Below are positions 9,218-19,574 of a stretch of 64,000 nucleotides of DNA, in pieces (position 1 is the first letter of the stretch; every line of letters begins with the position of its first letter). A model generated the notes under the pieces. The model saw only the letters and a list, made by a program, of their open reading frames with translations, was not told where the DNA came from and searched no databases. This DNA comes from Truepera sp. Its GTDB lineage: Bacteria; Deinococcota; Deinococci; Deinococcales; Trueperaceae. Location: the NCBI GenBank assembly GCA_965218435.1, contig CBDCKW010000009.1, forward strand, positions 992,001 through 1,056,000. The letters are read 5' to 3'. Both the position numbers and the translations under genes were made by a program.

Positions 9218-9239
9218 TGGTCTTAAATTGGTCTTAAAT
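9218..9239 (+). repeat. Tandem 11-bp direct repeat, putative integrase arm-type sites
   Basis: TGGTCTTAAAT x2 between the integrase stop and the tRNA. Confidence 0.6.
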
Positions 9240-9252
9240 GCCATTCAAAGAA

Positions 9253-9277
9253 GAAACCCCGCTTATTGCGGGGTTCT
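9253..9277. terminator. Hairpin terminator between the integrase and tRNA-Val
   Basis: AACCCCGC-ttatt-GCGGGGTT. Confidence 0.65.
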
Positions 9278-9307
9278 CGCTTTTGCTGTCTCTCGCGACT
9301 TTTCTTT

Positions 9308-9382
9308 TGGTAGGCGCGGGCAGGATTGAACTGCCGACCTCTACAGTGTCAATGTAGCGCTCTCCCACTGAGCTACGCGCCT
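9308..9382 (-). tRNA. tRNA-Val(GAC)
   Basis: Reverse complement folds as a cloverleaf: AGGCGCG acceptor, CTACA-TTGACAC-TGTAG anticodon arm, GTTCAATC T-loop, CCA end. Confidence 0.96.
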
Positions 9383-9404
9383 ATGTCCCTTCAAAGCGAG
9401 GTGC

Positions 9405-9478
<74 letters not shown>

Positions 9479-9487
9479 AGGAACTAG

Positions 9488-9517
9488 AGCCTATCACGGG
9501 CGCTAAAAACGTGTCAA
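9488..9517 (-). promoter_or_regulatory. Sigma70-type promoter of the tRNA-Cys/Val operon
   Basis: TTGACA-18 nt-TAGGCT (extended TGn) just upstream of tRNA-Cys. Confidence 0.65.
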
Positions 9518-9694
9518 TGACATTTCAAATCAGGTGGTTCTAAAAAATTGGGTTTTTGGTGAAAAGTCAGCTCGAGCCCAATCTGTCCTTTACCGCTCGA
9601 GCCTTGAGGCGCAGCAAAATACTTCGGGACGCCTCTATAAAAAACCCTCAGCTGCCAAAAGCTGAGGGTTACGAGTCCAAGTTTGGCTACAGCG

Positions 9695-10345
9695 TTACGA
9701 TTTTTTCTCGTCGTCTGAACTGCTTTGGGTTTCGTCCTCCCCAACCGGCTCGCCGGACTCTGCGACCGGTGTTGGTTCTTCTGTTTCGGTAAGCTCGAGC
9801 CCAGCCGGAACAGGTTCACCTGAATCGGCGACGGGTTCACTCGGGGACGAGCTGACTTCGGGGGGTATTCCCAAGGGGCTGACGGGTTCGCCGGAGGCCG
9901 TAACCGGCGGTGTTGTAATCGGGGCCGCCGCCGGTGGTATTCCCGCCGGTTTCCCGCTCGCGGCGTCGGAGTCGGTGTTTGACGACACGATGACGCTGCG
10001 CGAGCTGCCCGTCTGGGCTTGTGTTTGAGAATTTTGGGCCTGGGGACCTGCCGCAGGTGCTCCGCTACTACGTGGACCGCTGACGACCGGCTCACGCGTG
10101 GGCGCTTCGGCGCGTCTTTGGTTTTGGCGTTGCAGCAGCCTGAAGAGCGCGTACACTGCGGCTAAAATCACGACTATCGGAATAATCCAGCGCAAGAGCC
10201 ACCAGAGGATTCCGGCAATCCACATAAAGAGCAGCCCGACCAGGCTGATCAGCCAACCGACGAGCCAGATGACTCCGGTGGCGACTAAAAGGGCGATAAC
10301 GGCAAAAACGACGAGTTCGACAATCTCTTGAATAGAGCGTTTCAT
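9695..10345 (-). CDS. Hypothetical membrane protein with a disordered C-terminal tail
   Basis: Long hydrophobic N-terminus followed by a P/S/E-rich low-complexity tail. Confidence 0.75.
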   Translation of the reverse strand: MKRSIQEIVELVVFAVIALLVATGVIWLVGWLISLVGLLFMWIAGILWWLLRWIIPIVVILAAVYALFRLLQRQNQRRAEAPTREPVVSGPRSSGAPAAGPQAQNSQTQAQTGSSRSVIVSSNTDSDAASGKPAGIPPAAAPITTPPVTASGEPVSPLGIPPEVSSSPSEPVADSGEPVPAGLELTETEEPTPVAESGEPVGEDETQSSSDDEKKS

Positions 10346-10512
10346 ATGCAGGTGAGTATAGCAAGAAGTTCCGCTACCGTTTAGGAATGTGCCCCCAAAT
10401 TGTAAGCTGGCTCAGGTTATAAGGTTTTTTGCATTTTTTCTCACCTTTTCAGTGACCTATCCTCGTCTTTTCGGCTAGGGTTTTAGGAGATCGGCGCGGT
10501 AGACTGGCCTAC

Positions 10513-11796
10513 GTGCTACTTAAGCTGGAAAAAATGGTTCATGGTGGAGCCGCGCTCGCTCGCCTTGCTGACGGGCGAGTTGCGCTTGTTCGGGGCGGCC
10601 TTCCGGGTGAACGGGTCAAGGCCGAGGTCCGGGAGCGTGCCGGGGTGTTGCAGGGTGTCGTAACCGAAGTCGTTGACGCGAGTCCGCACCGCGCTACATC
10701 TGCCGGGAGACTACATCCCGGACTCGATTACAGCCACAGCAGTTACGGCTACCAACTCGAGCTTAAACGCAGCGTTGCTGAAGATGCGCGCTCGAGGGCG
10801 CTTAAACCCAGTGCCCAAGCGTCCGGAGTAGGGCCTGGCGTGCCGGTTTCTCCGGTCATTGCCGCACCTGAACCATGGGGCTACCGCAGCGCGGTACAAC
10901 CTGCAGTCTCTCGCACGGGTTTAGAAGCGGGTACAGCAACCGCTCTCGGCTATAGGCAACCGCAGACGGACACCTTTGTCCCGCTGGGGGGTGACCCGAC
11001 CGCCAACGCGGGCCTTAACCGGGTGTGGATACGCCTGCAGGAAGAAGGCTTACCCAAAGGTGTCCGTGAACTCGCCCTGCGTGGGAACGACGTGGGCGAA
11101 GTGCTCGTCTGCTTGATTGCAAGCGCGTCGGCAAAAAACTATCTGGACGCAGCGCATAGACTTCTGGGTAACGGCATTGTCGGCGTGTCTTACGCGCAGT
11201 ACGACCCGCGTGGGCGATTTCGCGGTGGGTCGGAGCGGCTTGCCGGAGCGCGGAGCATCACGCAGCGTTACGGCGACTTTGACCTGACGGTAAGCGCGAC
11301 GAGCTTCGCGCAACCCAATCCGGCGGCGGCTTCACAGCTCTACAGTGAGCTGACTCGTTGGGCCGGTGCAGGAGCGCACGCCCTCGACCTCTACGCGGGG
11401 AGCGGCATCATCGGGTTGCATCTGGCTAAAGGATTTGGGCAAGTCACGGCGCTAGAGCTCGACCGTAGCAGCGTCATTCGGGGAGCGCACGACGCGACGC
11501 GTCTAGGCGTTGACAATCTGTCGTTTATTCACGCGGACGCCCGCAAGCTCTCGGCCTTGCCGGACGCTGAGCTTATCACCGTAGACCCGCCCAGGGCCGG
11601 ACTCGCTAAGGCGGCGCGGCAGGCCGTCACCGCGTCTAAAGCGGCGCGGCTCATCTACGTCTCGTGTGACGTCGCAACGTGGGCTAGAGACGTCGCTGAA
11701 TTTGTGGCGGCGGGCTGGCGGTTAGGGCGAGCACAACCGTTTGACTTTTACCCACAGACGCACCACATCGAGATGCTGTCACTGCTGACACGCTGA
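10513..11796 (+). CDS. RlmD/TrmA-family RNA (uracil-5)-methyltransferase
   Basis: TRAM-like N-terminus; SFAQPN, LDLYAGSG, VDPPRAGL, YVSCD and DFYPQTHHIE motifs. Confidence 0.9.
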   Translation: MLLKLEKMVHGGAALARLADGRVALVRGGLPGERVKAEVRERAGVLQGVVTEVVDASPHRATSAGRLHPGLDYSHSSYGYQLELKRSVAEDARSRALKPSAQASGVGPGVPVSPVIAAPEPWGYRSAVQPAVSRTGLEAGTATALGYRQPQTDTFVPLGGDPTANAGLNRVWIRLQEEGLPKGVRELALRGNDVGEVLVCLIASASAKNYLDAAHRLLGNGIVGVSYAQYDPRGRFRGGSERLAGARSITQRYGDFDLTVSATSFAQPNPAAASQLYSELTRWAGAGAHALDLYAGSGIIGLHLAKGFGQVTALELDRSSVIRGAHDATRLGVDNLSFIHADARKLSALPDAELITVDPPRAGLAKAARQAVTASKAARLIYVSCDVATWARDVAEFVAAGWRLGRAQPFDFYPQTHHIEMLSLLTR

Positions 11797-11872
11797 GCAA
11801 CCGCTTTGATGAGAAGTTGGTTATACTCACTCCGTGAGCCGCATGTAGATCACGAGTTCTCAGAGGGTGTAA

Positions 11873-12319
11873 ATGCAAAAACGTCTGCTGTGCGTATCTT
11901 TGGTTTTAGGCTTGAGCGTCGTTCAGGCGCAGCAATTTTACTTGGGTGCCGGGGGTGCGCCAACGACGTGGGCCGATGCAGAAACACCTTTTTTGCACCT
12001 TCAGGCGGGCGTTATTCAGGACGGGCTCGAGATGCGTCTCGGATTTACGACCAATCTGGCTTTTGGAGGAGCCTACGCCTCTTACGCCGGAGCCGATTTG
12101 CTCGGCACGTTCCCGCTTTTTGAGGGTGCGGCGCGTGGTTACGCTGGAGGCGGTTTGGGGTTCAGCTCAGCTTTTGCACGTAGCACCTTGGCACTCGAGG
12201 CCGTTCTGGGCGGCGAATACCGTACCGGGCCGGTCGCTTTGTTTGCTGATATAGGCGCACTGGTTTTTCTACCGTTTCCTTTCCCGCAAGCTCGAGCGGG
12301 CGTCAACATCTATTTTTAG
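11873..12319 (+). CDS. Secreted or outer-membrane beta-barrel-like protein
   Basis: Signal peptide (VQA-Q); alternating beta pattern; C-terminal AGVNIYF. Confidence 0.65.
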   Translation: MQKRLLCVSLVLGLSVVQAQQFYLGAGGAPTTWADAETPFLHLQAGVIQDGLEMRLGFTTNLAFGGAYASYAGADLLGTFPLFEGAARGYAGGGLGFSSAFARSTLALEAVLGGEYRTGPVALFADIGALVFLPFPFPQARAGVNIYF

Positions 12320-12357
12320 AACTGCCTATCACCGATTATCTCTGTGTGGAGGAAACT

Positions 12358-12729
12358 ATGGGAAGTACCGTTCGTGCCAATGATACGCTGCAAATTACGG
12401 CGAGTCAGGGTTTTCCCGAAGAGCTTGACATTAAACGTCACCGGAAGTCGCCCCTGAACGCTGCACAGTTTGAGAACCGGACGTTTTCTTTTTGGGGCAA
12501 AGAAGAAATCAGAAACTTTCAGCAGCCGCCCGTAAAAAACTTTTTGGTCGAAAACCGTCAAGGTAAACATATTTACTGGGGTCTTATCACCGTGCTTACC
12601 GTAAAACACGATTACGTGGGCAAGGTAACAGCAGGTCGTTACCAAATCCACACGCTCTACACCTATGAGGAGATGAAACTAGCTGCCCGAATGTCGGGGC
12701 TGGACCCTCAGCTTGACTACTTCTTATGA
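12358..12729 (+). CDS. Hypothetical protein
   Basis: GGAGG RBS before ATG 12358; fills the gap in a co-directional run. Confidence 0.65.
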   Translation: MGSTVRANDTLQITASQGFPEELDIKRHRKSPLNAAQFENRTFSFWGKEEIRNFQQPPVKNFLVENRQGKHIYWGLITVLTVKHDYVGKVTAGRYQIHTLYTYEEMKLAARMSGLDPQLDYFL

Positions 12730-12790
12730 GCTTGTATACAGAAGCCGCTATCAACGTCTACTTTAGCGTTCAGGGCGTAAACTTATAAGC

Positions 12791-13570
12791 GTGTTAGCCA
12801 AACGCATCATCCCCTGCCTCGACGTTCACGACGGCCGCACCACCCGTGGTCAACAGTTTGGCCGCGCCGAAGCGGGCGAACTAAGAGACGTCGGTGACCC
12901 CGTAGCTTTAGCCTTGCAATACGATGAGCAGGGTGCCGACGAACTCGTTTTTTACGATATAACCGCGACCTCTGAGGGCCGCAGCGCGATTTTGGACATC
13001 ATCACCCGCACCGCTGAGATGTGCTTTATGCCGCTGACGGTCGGCGGCGGCGTGAGGACGCTTCGTGATTTTCGTACGCTCTTTTTGGCTGGGGCCGACA
13101 AGGTTTCGATCAATTCGGGCGCGGTGTCCAATCCTGAGGTTGTCCGCGAAGCTGCCGAGCACTACGGCTCACAGGCGGTGGTGTTTTCTATTGACGCTAA
13201 AAAACGCACGGACGGCTCTGGTTGGGACGTGTACGTTGCCGGTGGGCGCAAAAATACGGGGCTAGATGTACTCGAGTGGGCCGTGCGTGGTCAGGAGCTT
13301 GGGGCAGGGGAGATCGTCCTAAACAGTATGGACGCCGACGGGATGAAAACGGGGTATGACTTGGGGGCGACGCGGGCGGTGGCCAGGGCCGTAGACATCC
13401 CGGTCATCGCCTCGGGTGGAGCCGGAAACGCAGCGCATATGCGCGACGTGCTCCGTGACGCTGAAGCGGACGCGGCGCTCGCGGCAGGTATCTTTCACAG
13501 TGGTCAGACGACGGTCGGTGAGGTTAAACAGCTGTTGGCAGACGCAGGCGTTCATGTGAGGCTCGTCTAG
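12791..13570 (+). CDS. hisF: Imidazole glycerol phosphate synthase cyclase subunit
   Basis: [28 protein letters not shown] and [10 protein letters not shown] motifs. Confidence 0.97.
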   Translation: MLAKRIIPCLDVHDGRTTRGQQFGRAEAGELRDVGDPVALALQYDEQGADELVFYDITATSEGRSAILDIITRTAEMCFMPLTVGGGVRTLRDFRTLFLAGADKVSINSGAVSNPEVVREAAEHYGSQAVVFSIDAKKRTDGSGWDVYVAGGRKNTGLDVLEWAVRGQELGAGEIVLNSMDADGMKTGYDLGATRAVARAVDIPVIASGGAGNAAHMRDVLRDAEADAALAAGIFHSGQTTVGEVKQLLADAGVHVRLV

Positions 13571-14706
13571 TGGGGGAGAAGAACTGGAAGCTCGAGACCG
13601 TAGCCGTCCACGCAGGCGCAGAGGTAGACCCCACAACCGGGGCCGTCACGCCGCCGATTCACCTGACGACGACCTTTGAACGCAACGCTGACGGGAGCTA
13701 TCCGCACGGGTACATCTACAGCCGCACCGACAACCCGAACCGGCGGGCGTTAGAAGGTGCGCTGGCAGTGCTCGAGGGCGGGGAAGCCGCCGCCTGTTTC
13801 GCCTCAGGTTCGGCGGCAGCGGCAGCTATTTTCCGTACCCTCCGCCCCGGCGACCATGTGTTAGCCCCGGATGACCTCTATCACGGCATTACCAAGCTCT
13901 TAAAACTGGTCTTCGTCCCGTGGGGTCTCGAGGTTGACTTTGTAGACACGTCCGACGTTGACACCGTAAAAAAAGCGTGGCGGGATACCAAGCTGCTCTG
14001 GCTCGAGACCCCCTCCAATCCGCTTCTAAAAATCAGCGATGTCGCAGCCCTGTCCGAGCTGGCCCATAGCCGGGGCGCACTTGTGGCGTGTGACGCCACC
14101 TGGACCCCGCCGACGGTGCAGCGTTCGCTCGACCTGGGTGCAGACTTAGTGCTGCACTCGACGACCAAATATCTGGCCGGTCACTCGGACGTGCTGGGCG
14201 GCGCAGTCATTGCCAAACGTGCTGCGGGCGTCTTTGAGAGGGTTCGGACGGTGCAAAACCTCGAGGGTGCCGTCCCCTCACCCTTCGACTGTTGGCTCGT
14301 CCTCCGAAGTTTACGCACCCTGCCGTACCGGATGCGGGGGCATTCTGAGAATGCCGGGAAGGTCGCCGCGTTTTTAGCCGCGCAGCCCCAGGTCGAACGC
14401 GTGTACTATCCGGGGCACGAGTCGCATCCGAACCATGACGTGGCAGTACGTCAGATGCTTTCGTTTGGAGGGATGCTCTCGTTTGAGGTCGGCGGCGGCG
14501 AAGCGGCGGCGATGCAAGTTGCGGCGAACGTGCAACTTTTTACCCGTGGCACGAGTTTGGGCGGCGTGGAGAGTTTGCTCGAGCACCGCGCCAGCATCGA
14601 AGGACCGGAGAGCCGGACGCCCAAAGGGTTGTTGCGGGTGTCGGTGGGGCTCGAGCATCCTGATGATTTGATTGCAGATTTAGCGCAGGCGTTAGCGCAA
14701 GGATGA
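13570..14706 (+). CDS. Cystathionine gamma-synthase/lyase family PLP enzyme
   Basis: YSRTDNP, ETPSNP, HSTTKYLAGHSD and SLGGVESL motifs. Confidence 0.92.
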   Translation: MGEKNWKLETVAVHAGAEVDPTTGAVTPPIHLTTTFERNADGSYPHGYIYSRTDNPNRRALEGALAVLEGGEAAACFASGSAAAAAIFRTLRPGDHVLAPDDLYHGITKLLKLVFVPWGLEVDFVDTSDVDTVKKAWRDTKLLWLETPSNPLLKISDVAALSELAHSRGALVACDATWTPPTVQRSLDLGADLVLHSTTKYLAGHSDVLGGAVIAKRAAGVFERVRTVQNLEGAVPSPFDCWLVLRSLRTLPYRMRGHSENAGKVAAFLAAQPQVERVYYPGHESHPNHDVAVRQMLSFGGMLSFEVGGGEAAAMQVAANVQLFTRGTSLGGVESLLEHRASIEGPESRTPKGLLRVSVGLEHPDDLIADLAQALAQG

Positions 14707-15443
14707 GGGAGTACGACTTTGCTGCGGATTACGACGCACAGTACAGCGCAGCCTACGACCCTGAGATCCGTACCCTGACCGAGTTGGCGAAGGAGCAGGG
14801 TGGCGGGGTTCTCGACCTCTGCTGCGGCACCGGCATCGTGACGATCCCGCTGGCAGAAACCGGGCTCGAGGTCGTCGGGGTAGATATCTCGGAAGCGATG
14901 TTGGCGCAGGCGCAGGCTAAAGCCAAAGGTCGGCAAAACCTGATGTTCTACCTGCAAGATGCGCTCGAGTTCAGTACCTCACAGCGTTTTGGGCTCACCT
15001 TGATGACCGGGAACGCCTTTCAGTGCTTTCTGACAGACAAAGACCTAATCACGCTTTTTGCCAAGGTTTACGCCCTCCTTAGTCCGGGCGGCATGTTTAT
15101 CTTCGATACACGGTTACCTGAAGGGTATGACCTTACGCTGAATGACTTTGAGCTTTGGAGTGAGTACCATGACGCAGCCGGAAACTCTGTCCGTTGGCTC
15201 GTTAAACAAGCCGCTTACGACGCCGAGCATGGCGTCTTGCGTTATGAGATGAAAGAGGTCTACGACGACGGTACGGAGCGGCCCTCGAGTGAAGCCCTCA
15301 AATTTACGTCACTCGAGGCGCTCCTCATCCTGGCTCAAAACGCGGGCTTTGAGGTCGTCGGGCAGTACGAAAACTGGAACCGGGAGCCACTTGGAGAAAA
15401 CCCGGCGGCAGCGGTGCTCGAGCTAAAAAAGCTAACCCGGTAA
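14703..15443 (+). CDS. Class I SAM-dependent methyltransferase
   Basis: VLDLCCGTG and GVDISEAML motifs. Confidence 0.9.
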   Translation: MREYDFAADYDAQYSAAYDPEIRTLTELAKEQGGGVLDLCCGTGIVTIPLAETGLEVVGVDISEAMLAQAQAKAKGRQNLMFYLQDALEFSTSQRFGLTLMTGNAFQCFLTDKDLITLFAKVYALLSPGGMFIFDTRLPEGYDLTLNDFELWSEYHDAAGNSVRWLVKQAAYDAEHGVLRYEMKEVYDDGTERPSSEALKFTSLEALLILAQNAGFEVVGQYENWNREPLGENPAAAVLELKKLTR

Positions 15444-15451
15444 AAGCTGGA

Positions 15452-16219
15452 CTAATGCGGTTTTAGGGCTCGAGTCACCAGCAAAACGGCTAAATAATCG
15501 TCAACCGGTTTGCCCGGAAAGCGGTCTTCGTAAAAGCCGGTCAGCACAAACCCTGCTGCCAACTGTCCGCCGATGAGGTCATCTAAGGTGTGGCCAAACT
15601 CGAGCGCTTGCCCCTCACTAAAACGCCCTTGCTGCTCGTCCGGGTTTAAGTTCTCCAGGTCAGAATAAGGAATCTTGTGCCGAACGACGAGTCGGTCATC
15701 TTCACTCTCGTCATCGAGCGCGTAGAGCACCGGATTGACCATCCCGGCAAGCAAGAGACCGCCGGGGCGCAAAACCCGGTACGCTTCACGCCACACCGGG
15801 TTCACGTCGGGGACAAAACAGTTTGAAATCGGATGGACGATGGTGTCAAAGCTGGCGTCGGCAAAAGCTGACAGGTCGGTCATGCTGCCCTGAACAGTTT
15901 GGAGCTCGAGCCCGTCTCTCTCAGCGACCAACCGGTCTTGGGCGAGCTGTTCATCGGAGAGGTCAAACACTGTAACGCGTGCGCCTGTGACGGCTAACAA
16001 CGGACCTTGTTGCCCACCGCCGGACGCTAAATAGAGCACGTCACGTTCCGCCACCTCTAACCAAGCATTTGGAACGGGACGCCCCGGTGTCAGGCGTATC
16101 TGCCACTCGCCGCGTTTGGCCGCTGCGACTTGTTCGGAGGTTACAGGCTGCGTGTAGGGACTTGTACCCTCTGTTACGCGCCGATTCCACGCTTGGCGGT
16201 TGATGCCTGATACATTCAT
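15452..16219 (-). CDS. Class I SAM-dependent methyltransferase
   Basis: [16 protein letters not shown] and RVLRPGG motifs. Confidence 0.9.
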   Translation of the reverse strand: MNVSGINRQAWNRRVTEGTSPYTQPVTSEQVAAAKRGEWQIRLTPGRPVPNAWLEVAERDVLYLASGGGQQGPLLAVTGARVTVFDLSDEQLAQDRLVAERDGLELQTVQGSMTDLSAFADASFDTIVHPISNCFVPDVNPVWREAYRVLRPGGLLLAGMVNPVLYALDDESEDDRLVVRHKIPYSDLENLNPDEQQGRFSEGQALEFGHTLDDLIGGQLAAGFVLTGFYEDRFPGKPVDDYLAVLLVTRALKPH

Positions 16220-16322
16220 AACGTTGAGTTTACCGTTTAACGCGTCTCGAGCCGAATTTAATCCAAAAGTGGTTGAACAAACGCGCTTGTCAAGCGCCTC
16301 CTCACCGCTTAAGCTGCGCTTA

Positions 16323-16976
16323 GTGTCACGTCAACAGGTTTTGGAAACGGTCGCTACATATATCTTGAACGTGTCTTCGCCTTTTGTTCTCCGCGTCGCC
16401 ATTGACGGCGTAGACGGTGCGGGAAAAACGTATTTTGCCGATGAGCTGGGGCCACGTTTAGCAAAATCTAGACGAGATGTGATTCGCGCCTCGGTAGACG
16501 GCTTTCATCATCCTAAAGAGATACGTTATCGGCTGGGACGCGGCTCACCCGAAGGCTATTACCACGACGCTTACGATTACAAAACGTTCAAAGAGGTTCT
16601 ACTAAACCCGCTCAGCCCCAGTGGGTCAGGATGCTACCGCACAGCCGTTCACGACGTTGACGCTGAAATGCCTGTTTCGGTGCCTGAACGACGAGCGGAA
16701 CCCGGTGCAATCTTGCTCCTCGACGGAATATTCCTGCACCGCCCGGAGTTGCGCGACTATTGGGACATGTCCGTGTGGCTCGAGGTTCCTTTCAGCGTTT
16801 CCGTCCCACGGATGGCGCAGCGTGACGACAATTCACCTACCCCGGATGCCCCGGAACATCGGCGCTACATCGAGGGTCAAAAGCTCTATCTAGCTGAGAG
16901 TACGCCACAACGTCACGCGACGTTTACCGTTGACAACCGTGACCTACACGCCCCCTTCGTCGTCGGCAAAGATTAG
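16323..16976 (+). CDS. Uridine kinase-like P-loop protein
   Basis: [12 protein letters not shown] and [11 protein letters not shown]; start inferred at GTG 16323, 7 nt after a TAAGCT -10. Confidence 0.8.
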   Translation: MSRQQVLETVATYILNVSSPFVLRVAIDGVDGAGKTYFADELGPRLAKSRRDVIRASVDGFHHPKEIRYRLGRGSPEGYYHDAYDYKTFKEVLLNPLSPSGSGCYRTAVHDVDAEMPVSVPERRAEPGAILLLDGIFLHRPELRDYWDMSVWLEVPFSVSVPRMAQRDDNSPTPDAPEHRRYIEGQKLYLAESTPQRHATFTVDNRDLHAPFVVGKD

Positions 16977-16979
16977 AGC

Positions 16980-17894
16980 TTACGCAGTAACCGCGTTTTC
17001 AGTAGGATAATGAACCTCAGTCAGCTTTTCCGATACGCGCCAGAGCCGCTCCGCTAAAGCGCTGTTTTGCGCGTCCGCCGACATCGAGACCTTTTCTGGG
17101 TAGCCGCGCATCTCTTGAAATCCGTCCGGGCCGTAGTAATCATTAGGCTTAATGTCCGGCGCAGTCGCGGCGTAAAGCGTCGGCAGTGCGCCCATCTCGG
17201 GTTTTTGACCGAGCACAGGGTTGAGGAACTTGAACAAGCCGGAGGTTGCCTGCAAGTTGGTGCCGGTATAGCCGGGGTGCGCCGCCGCCGCGAGCGCGTC
17301 TAGCTGCTCACGGGCAAAGTACACATTGAGTTGCCGCATAAAGAGCAAATTGGCGAGTTTACTCTGCCCATACGCGGCCCACGGCTTGTACCCTTTTTCG
17401 GCCTGCAAGTTGCCAAACTCGAGTTTGGCCATCCGGTGCGCCCCACTGCTCACGCTGATGACCCTGGCCTCCAGTGTCGCCCGGATATGTGGTAGCAAAA
17501 GGCCGGTCAGCGCAAAGTGTCCGAGATGATTCGCGCCGAACTGCAACTCAAAGCCGTCTTTGGTTTTGGTAAACGGCGGCACCATCACTCCGGCGTTATT
17601 GATCAGCAGGTTGAGCTTGTCAAACTTACGCCCGAACGCCTCGGCAAAGGCGTGGACTGAGGCGAGGTCGGCGAGGTCTAAGTGCATGATAGTCAGTTGT
17701 GCGCCCGGTAGCTGAGCGCGGATGCGGTCGGCGGCGAAGTCGGCCTTTTGCAGGTTGCGGCACGCCATCACCACCCCGGCACCTTTGGCGGCGAGCGCCT
17801 TGGCGGTCTCAAAACCGATTCCATTGTTCGCCCCCGTCACGACGGCGACGCGGTTCGTTAGTGAAGGCATATTTGCAGCTGTCCAGTGCGGCAT
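16980..17894 (-). CDS. SDR family oxidoreductase
   Basis: TGANNGIG, NNAGVM and YGQSK motifs; AGGAG RBS before ATG 17894. Confidence 0.92.
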   Translation of the reverse strand: MPHWTAANMPSLTNRVAVVTGANNGIGFETAKALAAKGAGVVMACRNLQKADFAADRIRAQLPGAQLTIMHLDLADLASVHAFAEAFGRKFDKLNLLINNAGVMVPPFTKTKDGFELQFGANHLGHFALTGLLLPHIRATLEARVISVSSGAHRMAKLEFGNLQAEKGYKPWAAYGQSKLANLLFMRQLNVYFAREQLDALAAAAHPGYTGTNLQATSGLFKFLNPVLGQKPEMGALPTLYAATAPDIKPNDYYGPDGFQEMRGYPEKVSMSADAQNSALAERLWRVSEKLTEVHYPTENAVTA

Positions 17895-17976
17895 AGTTCT
17901 CCTCGCCTTTCTTTGCACGTGCGGAATATGCGTAAACCCTACCAAAGTCGGAACCGGGCTTTGGTAACTCAAGCGT

Positions 17977-18045
17977 TAGCAATGAGTACCGAGCAATGGA
18001 CAATGAGGTTTTGGGCTTTTACTCATTGCTCGTTACTCATTGCTA
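17977..18045. repeat. 22-bp inverted repeat built from CAATG units
   Basis: TAGCAATGAGTACCGAGCAATG (17977-17998) matches the reverse complement of 18024-18045 at 21/22. Confidence 0.8.
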
Positions 18046-18075
18046 GAATTGCCCTAGAGATTGTGAGGAATTCTA

Positions 18076-19068
18076 ATGTCTACCAACACCAAAGCCCAAA
18101 CCCCTGTGTCCGACTTTATCCGCCACCACTACCGCCACTTCAACGCCGCTGCCCTCGTGGACGCTGCCGACGCCTACACCGCGCACTTGGGAAACGGCGG
18201 TCACATGATGGTCACGCTCGCCGGAGCGATGAGCACCGCCGAACTCGGCTTATCGTTCGCTGAGATGATTCGGCAAGACAAGGTGCAGCTGATCTCTTGT
18301 ACAGGCGCAAACCTCGAGGAAGACATCTTTAACCTCATTGCCCATGACTTTTACGAACGCGTCCCGCATTACCGTGACCTCACCGCGCAAGATGAACAAG
18401 ACCTCTTAGACCGCCACATGAACCGCGTGACCGACACCTGTATCCCCGAAGAAGAGGCGATGCGGAGGCTCGAGGACGCGCTGCTAAATGAGTGGCAACG
18501 CGCCGACGCCGCCGGAGAACGTTACTTTCCGCACGAGTTCTTGTACCGCCTTATTCGCTCGGGGGCGCTCGAGGAGCATTACCAGATTGCCCCTAAAAAC
18601 TCGTGGATGATCGCCGCTGCCGAAAAAAACCTGCCGATTATCGTTCCCGGTTGGGAAGACTCGACTACCGGCAACATATTCGCCGCGCACTGCATCTCCG
18701 GTGATATTAAAAACGTCCACACCGTCAAGACCGGTATCGAATACATGACGTACTTGGCTAAGCTGTATACCCAAACCGCGCCGGAGCACTCCATCGGCTT
18801 TTTTCAAATCGGTGGCGGCATCGCCGGGGATTTCCCCATCTGCGTGGTGCCGATGCTGCATCAGGATTTACGGCGCGAAGGTGTGCCGATGTGGGGCTAT
18901 TTTTGTCAGATCAGCGATTCGACCACGAGTTACGGGTCATATTCGGGGGCGGTGCCGAACGAGAAGATTACCTGGGGCAAGCTCTCGGCAGATACGCCCA
19001 AGTTCATTGTGGAGAGTGACGCGACGATTGTGGCACCTTTGATGTTCGCGCTGATTTTAGAGCAATAG
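18076..19068 (+). CDS. Deoxyhypusine synthase family protein (bacterial polyamine/homospermidine synthesis)
   Basis: AGAMSTAELG, CTGANLEED, GGGIAGDF and YSGAVPNEKITWGK motifs. Confidence 0.92.
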   Translation: MSTNTKAQTPVSDFIRHHYRHFNAAALVDAADAYTAHLGNGGHMMVTLAGAMSTAELGLSFAEMIRQDKVQLISCTGANLEEDIFNLIAHDFYERVPHYRDLTAQDEQDLLDRHMNRVTDTCIPEEEAMRRLEDALLNEWQRADAAGERYFPHEFLYRLIRSGALEEHYQIAPKNSWMIAAAEKNLPIIVPGWEDSTTGNIFAAHCISGDIKNVHTVKTGIEYMTYLAKLYTQTAPEHSIGFFQIGGGIAGDFPICVVPMLHQDLRREGVPMWGYFCQISDSTTSYGSYSGAVPNEKITWGKLSADTPKFIVESDATIVAPLMFALILEQ

Positions 19069-19572
19069 GTGGGCGTTCAAGACCAATACTGGAAAGAGCT
19101 TTATCAACTCAGAGTTCACGTAAACTACTTGGAACTCTACCATCAACGGTCTGAAGGTCAAGACAAAGCTGTAAAAATAATTCTTGCCGTTGCTTCCAGC
19201 TCCAGTATCGCTGGTTGGGCTATATGGCAGAAATATAGTTTTATATGGGCATCAGTTATAGCTCTGTCTCAGGTCATTGCAGCCATAAAAGGTTTTCTGC
19301 CATATGAGACAAGACTGAAGTTGCTTACGGGTTTGTTATCAGAACTCGAGGAGTTACTCAATTTTACAGAAATGAATTGGTACTATGTTTCTAATGGTTC
19401 GCTGACAGAAAGAGAGATTCATGAGTTGCAGTTTGAAATACGGAGAAGGAAGACCAAAGCCGTCCACGAGCATCTAGGTTCTAATTCTTTACCGGAGAAA
19501 CCAAAGTTTCATGAAAAAGCAGTTGAGTCGGCTGACATTTACGTCAACAATTTCTACCCCTCGGAGGTATAA
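19069..19572 (+). CDS. AT-rich two-TM protein, SLATT-like
   Basis: Two adjacent hydrophobic segments followed by a helical C-terminus; composition differs from its neighbours. Confidence 0.65.
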   Translation: MGVQDQYWKELYQLRVHVNYLELYHQRSEGQDKAVKIILAVASSSSIAGWAIWQKYSFIWASVIALSQVIAAIKGFLPYETRLKLLTGLLSELEELLNFTEMNWYYVSNGSLTEREIHELQFEIRRRKTKAVHEHLGSNSLPEKPKFHEKAVESADIYVNNFYPSEV

Positions 19573-19574
19573 GT

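Larger units (their letters stand above)
1..9307. mobile_element. Right end of an integrative genomic island at the tRNA-Val 3' end; left boundary outside the window
   Basis: The integrase ends about 100 bp from the tRNA-Val 3' end; cargo is RM, TA and phage-like small genes. Confidence 0.8.
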
